In this document: in pieces, positions 33,901 through 39,688 of the stretch
How the letters are laid out: each line of letters starts with the position of its first letter
How positions within the stretch are numbered: the stretch's first letter is position 1
Virus record (IMG/VR): IMGVR_UViG_3300021425_000006
Length of the DNA stretch: 64,000 nucleotides
Reading direction: 5' to 3' (one strand)
DNA from: a virus
Made by a program: the position numbers and the translations under genes
The notes under the pieces: model-generated
The model's input: the letters and a program-made list of their open reading frames with translations, nothing else
Databases searched by the model: none
Told to the model about the DNA's origin: nothing

Positions 33901-35634
33901 TTCAAACGTTGTATTAGGATAGTATTCTGAATCGCCTATACTGTATCCAGACTCGTCAAATAAGTCAAATAACGGTTGCTGGTTAACGTCAGTTTTTTCT
34001 TGTGTAACATTCCAAGTTGAACCGTTAAAGTAAAACATTTTACCTTTATTTTCAACACCATTTAATACTAGTACTGTTTCGTTAGTAATCGGTGAAGAGT
34101 CTGTTTCTTCTATCAAAGATATTTGACGTCTTCCTTTGTGGTTGATAAATGAAACTTTAAATATTTTTCCAGACTGACGTATGTCTTCTTCTGCTGTAAA
34201 TAGTACACGCATACCATTAACAAGTTTTACTCCGTCAACTGTATATCCTATTGCACCTTCAATAGTAGAAAATATATCTTTAGTAAATGTATCAACTAAA
34301 TCTACATTAGTTTTACTTTGTGATCCAAATTGGAAAAGTTTTAATCCTGAATTAAATTCAATAATAGGTCTTGATGCTCTTGCACTTTGGTCAACTGATA
34401 TGCCTTGATTATTATAGGCTGCAGATTTTTCGATTACATCTCTATGGAACCATCTATTGTGTCTTGACCAAGGACTTCTTTCAGGAGAAGCACGATTAAT
34501 AACAATATAATCTTTAGTATTTGTATAACCACTAGCATTGTCAAATGGCAATCTATCAAATGAATTTGTATCAAACGGTATTGATAAGTCTGTTACATAA
34601 CTACTAGTAACTTCTAAGTCAGTTTCACTAACTAACTTAATTTTATCACCTACTCCTTCAACATACCATTCGCCTTCTGCATATTTTGCAGGAGTTACAT
34701 TTCCTAAAAATTCAACTTTCATACCATTTGATAATGAAAGTCCTTTTACTGTAGTATAATTCTTTTTACCAATAATTTCGTTTTCAACATTAAGGTCTGT
34801 ATTTTCGTCAATGTCTTTAATTTTGATTAAGCCACCATTATTAATATCATTGTTTGCAACGTAATATAATAGTTCAGGTGCACCCGGAGACACTGTAAAT
34901 GTAATAGAACCTTTTTCTACATTTTGTGCTGAAACGCCGTCATCATAATTAAACTCTGGATCTAATGTTTTTTTAGTTTTTATTGTAAACGGAAATCCTT
35001 CTGAATTAATTTCAAAAGTATAAGTCTGTCCTCTATATAAAGTTAAACTTGGTAATTGTGTTTGTCCGTCTGGTGAAAATATGTAAGCAAGGTTGTCTGC
35101 ATTGTTAAACAGCTCAACAGTGTATGTACTTTCTACACCTCGTGACTGACCTGCAATGCTAATAATTTGCGGACCGTTTGGTAACCAATAATACTCACGA
35201 AAGTTAACAACTTTATCTAAGTCTATATTTGGATTCCACGCATAATATTCTTGTGCGTTAAGACTGTCTTGATTTTGTGAATTACCGCCAAAGTTTGCTA
35301 TTTGATTAATATAATCAATATAATCTTTTCTAAACGTATAATTACCTAGATCGTTTTTAATTACTAGTGAAGGTTCTAATTGATAGTTTTTCCTATCATT
35401 AGAAATTTCATTAATATACGAATCGTCTGCTACATATGCTTTTGATTCTTTTCTTCCAATAAATCCATTTAGTTTTTCTGCAACACCCGGTTGCACCATT
35501 TGGTCTAATGTACTTTCAAGAAACTTTTGATTAGTTTGTGTTCTAAAATATTTTGGAAGTAATGCAACGCTCTTTTGGTTGCCTTTACCATTATTTGGTA
35601 ATGGAAATTCTTTCTGGTCATTATCATATGCCAT
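18907..35634 (-). CDS. Giant 5575-aa baseplate wedge-like protein (gp7 position)
   Basis: Follows gp6 with TAATG coupling; beta-propeller-like FGxSVxxSxDG..VGAP repeats, GGxGY..P.V beta repeats, inserted helical domain. Confidence 0.7.
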   Translation of the reverse strand: MAYDNDQKEFPLPNNGKGNQKSVALLPKYFRTQTNQKFLESTLDQMVQPGVAEKLNGFIGRKESKAYVADDSYINEISNDRKNYQLEPSLVIKNDLGNYTFRKDYIDYINQIANFGGNSQNQDSLNAQEYYAWNPNIDLDKVVNFREYYWLPNGPQIISIAGQSRGVESTYTVELFNNADNLAYIFSPDGQTQLPSLTLYRGQTYTFEINSEGFPFTIKTKKTLDPEFNYDDGVSAQNVEKGSITFTVSPGAPELLYYVANNDINNGGLIKIKDIDENTDLNVENEIIGKKNYTTVKGLSLSNGMKVEFLGNVTPAKYAEGEWYVEGVGDKIKLVSETDLEVTSSYVTDLSIPFDTNSFDRLPFDNASGYTNTKDYIVINRASPERSPWSRHNRWFHRDVIEKSAAYNNQGISVDQSARASRPIIEFNSGLKLFQFGSQSKTNVDLVDTFTKDIFSTIEGAIGYTVDGVKLVNGMRVLFTAEEDIRQSGKIFKVSFINHKGRRQISLIEETDSSPITNETVLVLNGVENKGKMFYFNGSTWNVTQEKTDVNQQPLFDLFDESGYSIGDSEYYPNTTFEGNKVFSYKVGTGSNDSELGFPLSYRSISNVGDIVFDFNLLSDTFTYTPTVISTDVITNKTDTYSLQKFKNIDTFDYVNAWIKAPMSSSQYVLRQYTSLDNQTEFVIDTYDRSAELTDLIVKVFVNNSLKFENIDYTIDRTNHDAKIIFTSELNENDIVLIKTKSHTLKNDNGLYEVPANFERNPSNDNIETFTLGEVNDHISTVVEEINNFSGVYPGNSNLRDLGNIALYGKKFVQHTGPINLSLYHLTDKDTNIIKALEFNRREYAKFKRTFLQTSLTTGYDGTVKGHVDVILKELGQNRSIDMPFYFSDMAPSGGEKKITYTVFDTNNQFYALSQTHNNNELSVKAVTVYINGEQLIYGNDYTFNNEGFCVISKPTTNGDIIDIFEYETTDGSFIPPTPTKLGLYPKFVPQIFDDSTYITTRKVIQGHDGSKILAFNDYRDDLILELEKRIYNNIKISYDPNVVNIHDFIGGEDRNTGVYKKDIDNALISDFASWLASVGDVDYTENTGYVRGNPFTYNYSFMTSPSGKKLAGYWRAVYKDAYDTDRPHTHPWEMQGFFKQPSWWETVYGPAPYTKDNLFLWEDIQNGVIREPNKPIVIKEQYKRTNLTAHLPVDDGGNLISPLESGYAQGFISNLTASPFVFGDEAPAETAWRRSSEYPFALLRSWCLNQPSKIIGLGFDRSRTIRNNAGQIVYSDTSKRINLSELKFPNNSQAVDVRVLTAGLVNFIANYLSSNVLTNYTEYQDKLANLTNQLSFRLGGFTDKSKFNLILDSRTPLNEGNVFIPQENYNIILSQSSPTDIITYSGVVIERSALGYIVRGYDSTNPVFKYYDYNVINGDPLVSIGGVSETFVQWSESKQYLEGQVVEYNDLYYRVKEAHTSGQTFDGSKFIKLAALPQEGGREAIFRSSWKSEILSLPYGTLFRTSQEVVDFLLGYQRYLETLGFNFEGFDADMQSIKNFKLSAKEFLFWTTQGWDTGSLISLSPLADGVKFKRDFTVIGDVFNNFFGYSIFKADGTKLKEDVLTVSRTDDEFNIKPKNTADGIYAIKLAAEQTEHVVILDNETEFKDVIYDRQAGYRQERIRVLGYRTADWNGSLNIPGFLYDSAEITLWEQYKDYEIGSIVKNKEFYYSAYKKVSGTQNFNENDWLRLDAKPESQLLTNINYKVDQFADFYDLDTDNFDLDQQEVAQHLIGYQKRNYLANIINDDVSQYKFYQGYIQDKGTKNALTKLFDALGAADKESLEFFEEWALRLGQYGAADGFDELEIKLDEEKFKLSPQPIQLTDEPETDNLIYNIPESEVYLKPSNYNNTPFPTKFVPEGETQVRTAGYVRTEDIKYTVVDKSDILNIAIDDLNQGEYVWVTFEDQSWNVYKHIDSGFIVTGVTANGTSATISLDRRSSFVKDDIIGITNLTGFEGFFKVTSSATNTVTVATTITLDEPIVNAKGVLTKFVSNRVKSLPEANSYTQNTIDNRELLWVDDMGDGRWGVLKNSASYHDNLTIINPLEADSTNPLFGSSITASDDNTVIVVGAPNNEDGKVFVYTSDDSSASLSQVLSPISGLSSVNSKFGESITMSPDGEYLVIASPEASNVKSNFKDDFDASITYPFASVVEYNNSLWKARRIVKGQTSNVVFDTFDSAPQVKEYLLDKYAEFDESIIYNVGNITTYLGDIYIATARSNPGPRIPANWSSVGENKNILTGDYPLTNTETDHILVRAPATAYEGSVPGDKVYFDWNEVSHAYEPIDKSEIIDIKFESVPPEFPNVTNVTTGIRLQTNLEHGLVDGDQIIITDVPNNTISTSGFDNSDQTLPLNEVQNKGVTGLEYNKYYVKVKSTKEVYLYTTYALDTLVNGTNNIQGAAFQGSAIPGGQFNGNLRKVRSLFDNRMVGFGCELEYELDDNGTIYNLTIKNDLSDPSNPTPIQGTGYTNPVIKITDTGTGNSAVATATVTNGRITAVNLVAGGVDYTDSTINIEIVDTETRVNTEWLTSNVHTIQSKVDEIFYILDPLNVPEIGDIVTTSTGNATVVYTKFELGKLVIYANNKNGVFTETGTLEISSTFRIGEFTRPAHEQIETSDVLGGYWKISLDTIETGFKINPNARTIDYAPSIVLRDVRLIGDASSPLPYKSSIQSLLSVPPVQLTTGKVLQKQSHYITNISYNGNANTVADARIDILSNKWLLRADKAISDKVVAERALGNNPQLGIWLNQIARPDGTIQDETFSGLTSEIINDTHTIVDVWDGYVDVVLTNTTDQAQVGDILVEGTNGRAEIVYYQRDGNDARYYIKVQSGTFTQGADYGPAGAQSLPAYQIRKIDSQQVLSPVIGTSLRTSIDDNTIGKLMVFEHSQNLPIPTRNRATDLASFNSDVISGFDLEYFTWIQENRNGTQRLSLVPEVANNDWEKVYNIPVVSTGEASSYTNEGVFYVYQRNATTSEYDLVNGYILPNRVSSRRLGQQIKIIKTGNLYKLLINSKEGAGKIYTVLNGTSETGAVYDWQLSKDVKFRGIYNNSVIYYIDDIVYYNGNFYKALTNIQGEEFTATKWTQLKDHIDFIGSIPNTLGYKFADDSVLENDVTSFGTSFDVSDDGKTIASISAYGDLKRIAVYKYHDEHYELFQILEIPNSSMEFGETVSVADDGKLIAVGAPGSTYLSARQGQVFVYAQKETGYELIQTLVAQNSEPIENFGYQLSFDGNQLAVSSANGNIELDTTYDNDGTVFDNGFTNFSRTLIDSGSIYLYERVRDALVYGQQLSYRDFDVKDFGRDIIVKNDKVYVGLINDNIDGTIGKVVQFEKDGVNTWTEHRKPNDQINLDKFKGSFMYNTSSNEYLTSLDLIDPVQGKISGLAEQELSFKTYYDPATYTTATNTAVTVDQYNSWSVKNIGKLWWDLSTVKFLNAYQGDAIYSANSWNTLAPGASVDIYEWVETTLTPTQWDTQADTPAGIRLGISGKTKYGESAYCTRQDYDKISGTFTTKYYYWVKDKKTTPNIENRNKSAFDVAAIIIDPVSQNLKFANLLTTNSLVIRNCDKLLENQDIAVNFRYWTIDDQSINVHNEYQIISEGLYTSKPKSTLELKWFDSLIGQDAYGRPVPDPALSAKQKYGVLNRPRQSWFVNREEAVSQAFTRINKVIKQELIDDNYNITTLLEKDPEPSAISATWDRRVDTDAELSIIGTAKAQVAILEPVVVNGIVTQVNIINKGYSYSDPSYNTTTGGIRKGPKITAIGTGEGLELESTINALGQITSVTVVNGGRNYADSLTLIVRPLSVLVGADSTLDGDWAIYGWDSETQEFTITSKEKYDVSDYWNYIDWYDTGFSQLTSIDYLVQETYELNEIDDKIGDIVKVENVGTGGWLLLEKTLNADVPDYTINYRTVGRQDGTLQFVTTISSDSTNKIALRKILTALRDNIFVGNLELEYNNLFFACLRYVFSEQSYVDWAFKTSFIKAKHNVGNLVQKTNYQNDNLPSFEEYVNEVKPYKTNIREYLSAYEGKDNTSSVITDYDLPAVYNRNVGKIVPSDFIVENDRLSSVLTDVSDYPARHWVDNSSYFIDSVLIKDGGSGYTETPLVTFVGGGGTGATAKAFIGNGVIKKIEITNPGTGYYSAPLIQFEGTQTQEGTQPVVSVIIGNGKVRATKIAQKFDRITTDIVLADIQEQETFVASGSQLKFNTKWPLQLSTNTINVTIDGIQALSSQYEYKNVEDSTKGYTRKTGQIEFSFAPAKDSTVLITYNRSLDLLNAAERIQFLYEAQSGLYGKDFAQLMDGVDYGGVQVKSFEFGAKLGWDNDPWYATTWDSYDDGFEDEIITLDGSTIQITLSKPLENDVVYNVYLNGVRIDDPNFGTGNPVANPNAITQSLTGDGEQTTIFLDNDGLNINGEGSSLDPEYNNGAISNVVGDGSDFFKREVTTNGVRIMAAGGVGGQTAVPDAWLEKVARMFELFTDPNGAGINEEYQRNLIKTLSGDTGTYHAGLPTIQRVARGAGADYTPNFLTDAGVISWNLTNLFDTHVQNDMVWYLNSTGDGYGDGDIDAQEVIEHVFHTLHMHGLPADDIKLYSFLAADWQTGELYAAMEEAYDAGKWDPSGYQTPSNAWKTDADAFEVAAKEYLFLLNFAMFEYTELWDGGSLAPEWTDDMRTQAGIQANNPLGYAFHNTYIAPVISKPSLATIRSIFQDGNTPAQDDPSLAGASGYIVDVISSGEGAGAGDTIIFRKSTSDGSFLPDTFTLDTVIEGGNLAYGTATGLKSEDITIDGDGFVTPTTSKGPEELVPGQVLDTLDIKVYDKVADGGSTIAVRNYTASATQNKTFDLSLLPHNIESLIVKVDNVIQGPIDDSSYPYEIDFVEKTLTFNEALTVGQRVSIISMSGNGENILDIDNFVADGSTQIFVTNVLWNDNISTYISVDGKKAVADIFETDSTYDGRAGLVGLKFITPPAPGAFIYYAVYASSSLSYSEVTVDRFEGDGSSVGFTLSTPPSSSLPLSHNVVVKVDNKILYPGYNQQFIISPSREYTFDLHQVARASVSPEDIAVYLNDVQLSYLQDFNWDFNNSAVVLFDNVGVNGDTLDVFVLNDGEYEFDRNVELTLDSDSITGQFSQGEEVRIGSADSTQFEATVKTFAGNVLVVIGDSANIIASLTTDPTIQIQGLLSGAIATSVTGFKGVESGDRIILTDTPALDAKVDVYKFNKHDIQNIERVTQDVVSRSTLVLGSDDYYEYNKLTQGLVELRLPAVDPAYLWVSLNGQLLSANVDYTITEDLRYLKVTKPLVKDDRLDVVHFAGNRVNDRFGFRIFKDMLNRTHYKRLNSSKIFVLDQELNYFDKDIKLVDATGISQPDPSINVPGVVFIDGERIEYFKVEDNVLSQLRRGTLGTGVKTTYNAGTELMDQSAYQTVPYTDEIRTLQFEADGTTATYALDWATTNINEFEVFVAGRRLRKQAISVFDTTIDQDSPEADITVDAEFTISNNAITLNTIPVAGTKVFIIRKIGKTWQESGESLRAAQNPIAEFLRDQTIDLPK

Positions 35635-38600
35635 TAGTAACCTGAGCCCCCGTTACTTGAATTGCTTGAGCTACTAGAGCTACTAGAGCTACTTGACGAA
35701 CTACTTGAACTACTCGAACTACTTGCCACTTGGCTTACAGTATTGTTTTTAACTTCTGTCACTACCGCTCCTGTTGCTTTAAGTTTTGAAGCAGTTACTG
35801 CTGATATAATTTCAACATCTGCTACTGTTGCTCCGTTAATAAAAATTTCATCAGCTTCTGCTTTTATTTCAAATAAACTACCAAATGCTGAGTTTGTTTT
35901 ATTAGGAACAATAACAATTGACGAAATATCTGGTGATAATTCGTTCATAATATATGTGCTTAGTTCTGAGAAGTAAAAAGTTTCTCCAAAGTCCCAATTT
36001 TCAAGTGCAAAGAATCTGTTTACAGCTGATATAACATTTGCTTTTACTTCGTTATCGTTAACAACTCTATCAGCATTTTTTACTATCTTAAATGTTGCTT
36101 GTAAATCAGTGTTAGATGCTGTACCAAATAATGGTTTATATTTTACTGGGTGATAAATTACATCGTCACTAATTGATTTAATTTTGTTTATTTCACTACC
36201 ATAGTTGGTATATAAACTATCTGAAGTAGGTGTTACTGGAGCAACTGGTATTGCACCCTGTAACCACTGTCTATATAAAGTATCATACGATCTAGTTAAA
36301 ACGTAAACATCAATAATGTTACTACTGCTTGGATCTATTCTGTTACTTTCATCAGCAGCATGTTCGTATTGGAAGATAATGTTATCTCTACCACTAAATG
36401 CTCTATAGTCAACTGTAAGTGTTAATGTTTCTGCTTCTTCATTGTATACTTTAAATAAGTCCACATCAACAATATAAAATATTGTGCCGTCAGTGAACGA
36501 CGACAGTCCTGCTGTAGTAATATCTGACTCTGTTGCAACAACTTTTTTATCAGATGTTCTCCAAGATACAAATCTAAAGTCATCAATGCCATCATAGTTT
36601 GTATATTTTTCTTGCATTACATATTGATCTTTTAAATCAGGAGGTGTACCAACAAACTGTGTAAACATATCTGGGTCGTCAACTACTCCGTCATCGTCAG
36701 AGTCAAAAAAGCCTACTTGTATTTTTTTGCTGTCAACATAGCCTTCTGCATCTCTATATTCTTGTAATATTTCCCAATCAAACGGAACTGTAAACGGCTG
36801 CGTTGATCCTGGTTGTGTGTTAATAGACATAATTCTAACTTTGTCTTTAACAATTTTATTTGTTTGAGGATCATATACTTTATCACTACTGTCAAAATAA
36901 AATCTAATTTCTTTGTCACTTTCGAAGACGTATCTCTGACCGTGTGTTGTAATTGTATATGTTTCTCCGTCAGTATTAAATAATAGTAACCAACTGTTGT
37001 CTAGTTGTTGATTACTAGTGTCTCCAGTCTTGCCCATTCCAAACGCTGATGTTTTATCTAAATTGCTTTCAGTAATTAAACGCCATAAATTTTCGCTAGT
37101 ACTGTAACGTAATCCAAATGTTTTATATTGGAATACTTGGTCAATAATTTGTGTTTGTAAATCATTATCTAATAATGTTGCAAACTTTGGTATAATTCTT
37201 TCAATAATTGGATATGCTTCTGTGCCTGCTGGAGCTGCAGGAATTACATCGTTGAATACAATAGGTCCTCTGCCGTCGGCATAATTTTCTTTACCATTAC
37301 CATTTATAGCAGTAACCTTAGTCCATTTATATTTTGTTGCTCCTGTATGTAAAGGTTTACCAACTTCATCTAACATTAATGTGCCGTCTGGCATAAAATG
37401 ATAACCTTCTGGAGCAATAAATTTAACCATTGCACCTGGTTGTACAAATTTTAGTGTGCTACCAGTAAATGTCGAAACTGTATATTTTACATTTTGCAAG
37501 TCCATTAAGTAACCTGTAGAAATATTTTGATCTTTAGTTACTTGTACAAACTGTGCATTTAGATCTGTAACTGTTTGTACCGGAAATTTACTATAGTAAA
37601 AATTTCTAAGTTTAGCATCTAAAAGTAACGGTTCAATAGTAGAACTAATAATCCCTTGAATATCGTTTCTTGTTGTAAATGTAAAATTAACTTTACTATC
37701 TAAGTACTGTGTATATACAGCACCGTCTTTACCATATAGGTTAGTTTTAGAATATTTGCCTGTAGCATCTAGTAGATCAAAATATCTTGATATGCCGCTA
37801 GATGTTCTGTTAACTGCTTTTACTTTAACTATTTCTTGACTTACAGCCAATGGAGCAACATTATAGTCTTCTCCAGTAATCATTCTATTTTGTGTATAGT
37901 ATGTTGAAGGAGCATTTGATTTAATGCTTTCGTTGCTTTCGCTTTCTGCTGAATTGTCAACTGTGTATTTTAATTCATATTCAATACTTAAAACTTCTTG
38001 TGTTCCTGTTTTACTAACATACGGAACAGTAATGTTTATATTAGTCATTTCGTCTGGGCTAATTACAAAACTTCTATTATCACTTGCTCTGTAATAAACT
38101 TTAAAATTGCCTTTAGGCAACGTGCCAAAAACGCCATCACTAAAGATTAAACTAATTCTATCTTGTACTCTTGTTAAAACACTATAAACATTTCTAATAT
38201 TTTTACTTAAACTGTTATAAACAATATTGTTACCTTCAACTGAATTTACTTTGCTCCATAACTCAGTTTCGTTACCGGTTGTGTCTAATTTATAAAGCCA
38301 TACGTCACTATTGTTTACATTAATAGCATCTAAGTTTACTGTTTGGTTAGTACTTGGCGTACTAATTGAAAAAGTTCCTTGGTCTAAAGAACCTTGTCTA
38401 AAGTGTGAAAAGAATCCTGTATTGTTACTACCAGCACCTTGTCCGTCATCTTGATATATAAACGCAAAGTTGTTTCCTGGCAACGGTGCTTCTTCTAGTA
38501 TTGCATTACTTTCAATATTAGTTGAAACAATTTCAAATGTAGTTCCTCTACCGCTAATATTTTTTGTAAAGCCAAAGTTAGGAACATCAGTGTTAAGAGC

Positions 38601-39170
38601 ATTAAATCTATATTGCTCTGCACTTATTCCATTTACTGTATCTTTTTTAACTGGTCGTCCTACAACTCCGTTAGCAGGTAATGCTGAATTTAAAACTTTA
38701 ATAAACTGTTCATACCAGTCTTGATTTGAAACATCGTTCCATACAATAGTTTGGCCTGCTAAGTTATTACCATTAGAATCTATAATGTCTTCTGTAGTAG
38801 TAATACTTTCCATTTTAAGAAGACCATTAGCTGCTTGGTTACGTTTAGGATTATAAGATAACAATCTTGCTAAACGTATAACACTTTCTCTGCGTTCTGC
38901 TAGTTCTAAAAAATTCTCTCTTGCATTAAGGTCTGTACGGAATGCGAGGTTTTGTCCTAAGTAAGCAATTAAGTCAATTAGGGCAAGGTATTCACTACTT
39001 TCAATATAGTCGTTGAAATCCTCAGGATAATTTTTCCTAAGGTAATTAATCATTGTACGTCTTAAATTGTCAAAGTCGTAACTCTGAAAATCAGCATTTT
39101 TGAAAGACTGGTAGACACGTTTCCAGTCCTCTGCAATTAATAATCTGTTTTGTCTATCTGTTGACGACAT
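35634..39170 (-). CDS. gp6: Baseplate wedge subunit
   Basis: DFDNLRRTMINYL...FNDY..SS...LIDLIAY...ENFLELAERRESV and QNRMITGEDY; follows gp25. Confidence 0.85.
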   Translation of the reverse strand: MSSTDRQNRLLIAEDWKRVYQSFKNADFQSYDFDNLRRTMINYLRKNYPEDFNDYIESSEYLALIDLIAYLGQNLAFRTDLNARENFLELAERRESVIRLARLLSYNPKRNQAANGLLKMESITTTEDIIDSNGNNLAGQTIVWNDVSNQDWYEQFIKVLNSALPANGVVGRPVKKDTVNGISAEQYRFNALNTDVPNFGFTKNISGRGTTFEIVSTNIESNAILEEAPLPGNNFAFIYQDDGQGAGSNNTGFFSHFRQGSLDQGTFSISTPSTNQTVNLDAINVNNSDVWLYKLDTTGNETELWSKVNSVEGNNIVYNSLSKNIRNVYSVLTRVQDRISLIFSDGVFGTLPKGNFKVYYRASDNRSFVISPDEMTNINITVPYVSKTGTQEVLSIEYELKYTVDNSAESESNESIKSNAPSTYYTQNRMITGEDYNVAPLAVSQEIVKVKAVNRTSSGISRYFDLLDATGKYSKTNLYGKDGAVYTQYLDSKVNFTFTTRNDIQGIISSTIEPLLLDAKLRNFYYSKFPVQTVTDLNAQFVQVTKDQNISTGYLMDLQNVKYTVSTFTGSTLKFVQPGAMVKFIAPEGYHFMPDGTLMLDEVGKPLHTGATKYKWTKVTAINGNGKENYADGRGPIVFNDVIPAAPAGTEAYPIIERIIPKFATLLDNDLQTQIIDQVFQYKTFGLRYSTSENLWRLITESNLDKTSAFGMGKTGDTSNQQLDNSWLLLFNTDGETYTITTHGQRYVFESDKEIRFYFDSSDKVYDPQTNKIVKDKVRIMSINTQPGSTQPFTVPFDWEILQEYRDAEGYVDSKKIQVGFFDSDDDGVVDDPDMFTQFVGTPPDLKDQYVMQEKYTNYDGIDDFRFVSWRTSDKKVVATESDITTAGLSSFTDGTIFYIVDVDLFKVYNEEAETLTLTVDYRAFSGRDNIIFQYEHAADESNRIDPSSSNIIDVYVLTRSYDTLYRQWLQGAIPVAPVTPTSDSLYTNYGSEINKIKSISDDVIYHPVKYKPLFGTASNTDLQATFKIVKNADRVVNDNEVKANVISAVNRFFALENWDFGETFYFSELSTYIMNELSPDISSIVIVPNKTNSAFGSLFEIKAEADEIFINGATVADVEIISAVTASKLKATGAVVTEVKNNTVSQVASSSSSSSSSSSSSSSSSSSSNSSNGGSGY
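35655..35725 (-). repeat. Poly-serine low-complexity tract at gp6 C-terminus
   Basis: Repeated AGT/TCA/AGC codons encoding about 20 Ser. Confidence 0.8.
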
Positions 39171-39228
39171 TGGTTTTCCTCGCTATAGTGTATTTATTAC
39201 AAATAGATAAGTGCGTATATTATTTCTG

Positions 39229-39672
39229 TTATGTAAGACCATTATCCTCATCAAATTTAAACTGTAATTTTTCAGATATATTATACGGCAAATACGTAAG
39301 TTCGCATTCAATTTGTAGTCCGCTTTCGTAAGGAACTACGTCTATTGCTGATACCGAAACCCTTGGGTCAAAGTTAACAATTTCTGTAACATTTTTTACT
39401 ATTGCAGATTTTAAATTTTCTGTAAGTGGTTCAAAAAGTACGTCCCATATAATAGTACCAAATTCTGGATTTTCTAATTTTTCTCCTTGACGGATATGAA
39501 AATGGTTGATAAGATCTTGTTTAATAAGTGCAATATCATATAGTGTATTCGTAGAATTTTCTGGGTTGGCTGTCGATATGCCCCTATAGGCTCTGCTTTC
39601 AACCACAGGAAGAGGTTTTTTGTTAGTGCTAACTTCTACTGTTTTATATAATGATTTCTCTTTTGTGCTCAT
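39229..39672 (-). CDS. gp25: Baseplate wedge subunit
   Basis: LIKQDLINHF.IRQGEK..NPEFG.....LFEP and DPRV. Confidence 0.9.
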   Translation of the reverse strand: MSTKEKSLYKTVEVSTNKKPLPVVESRAYRGISTANPENSTNTLYDIALIKQDLINHFHIRQGEKLENPEFGTIIWDVLFEPLTENLKSAIVKNVTEIVNFDPRVSVSAIDVVPYESGLQIECELTYLPYNISEKLQFKFDEDNGLT

Positions 39673-39688
39673 GTCTATATTTACCTAC

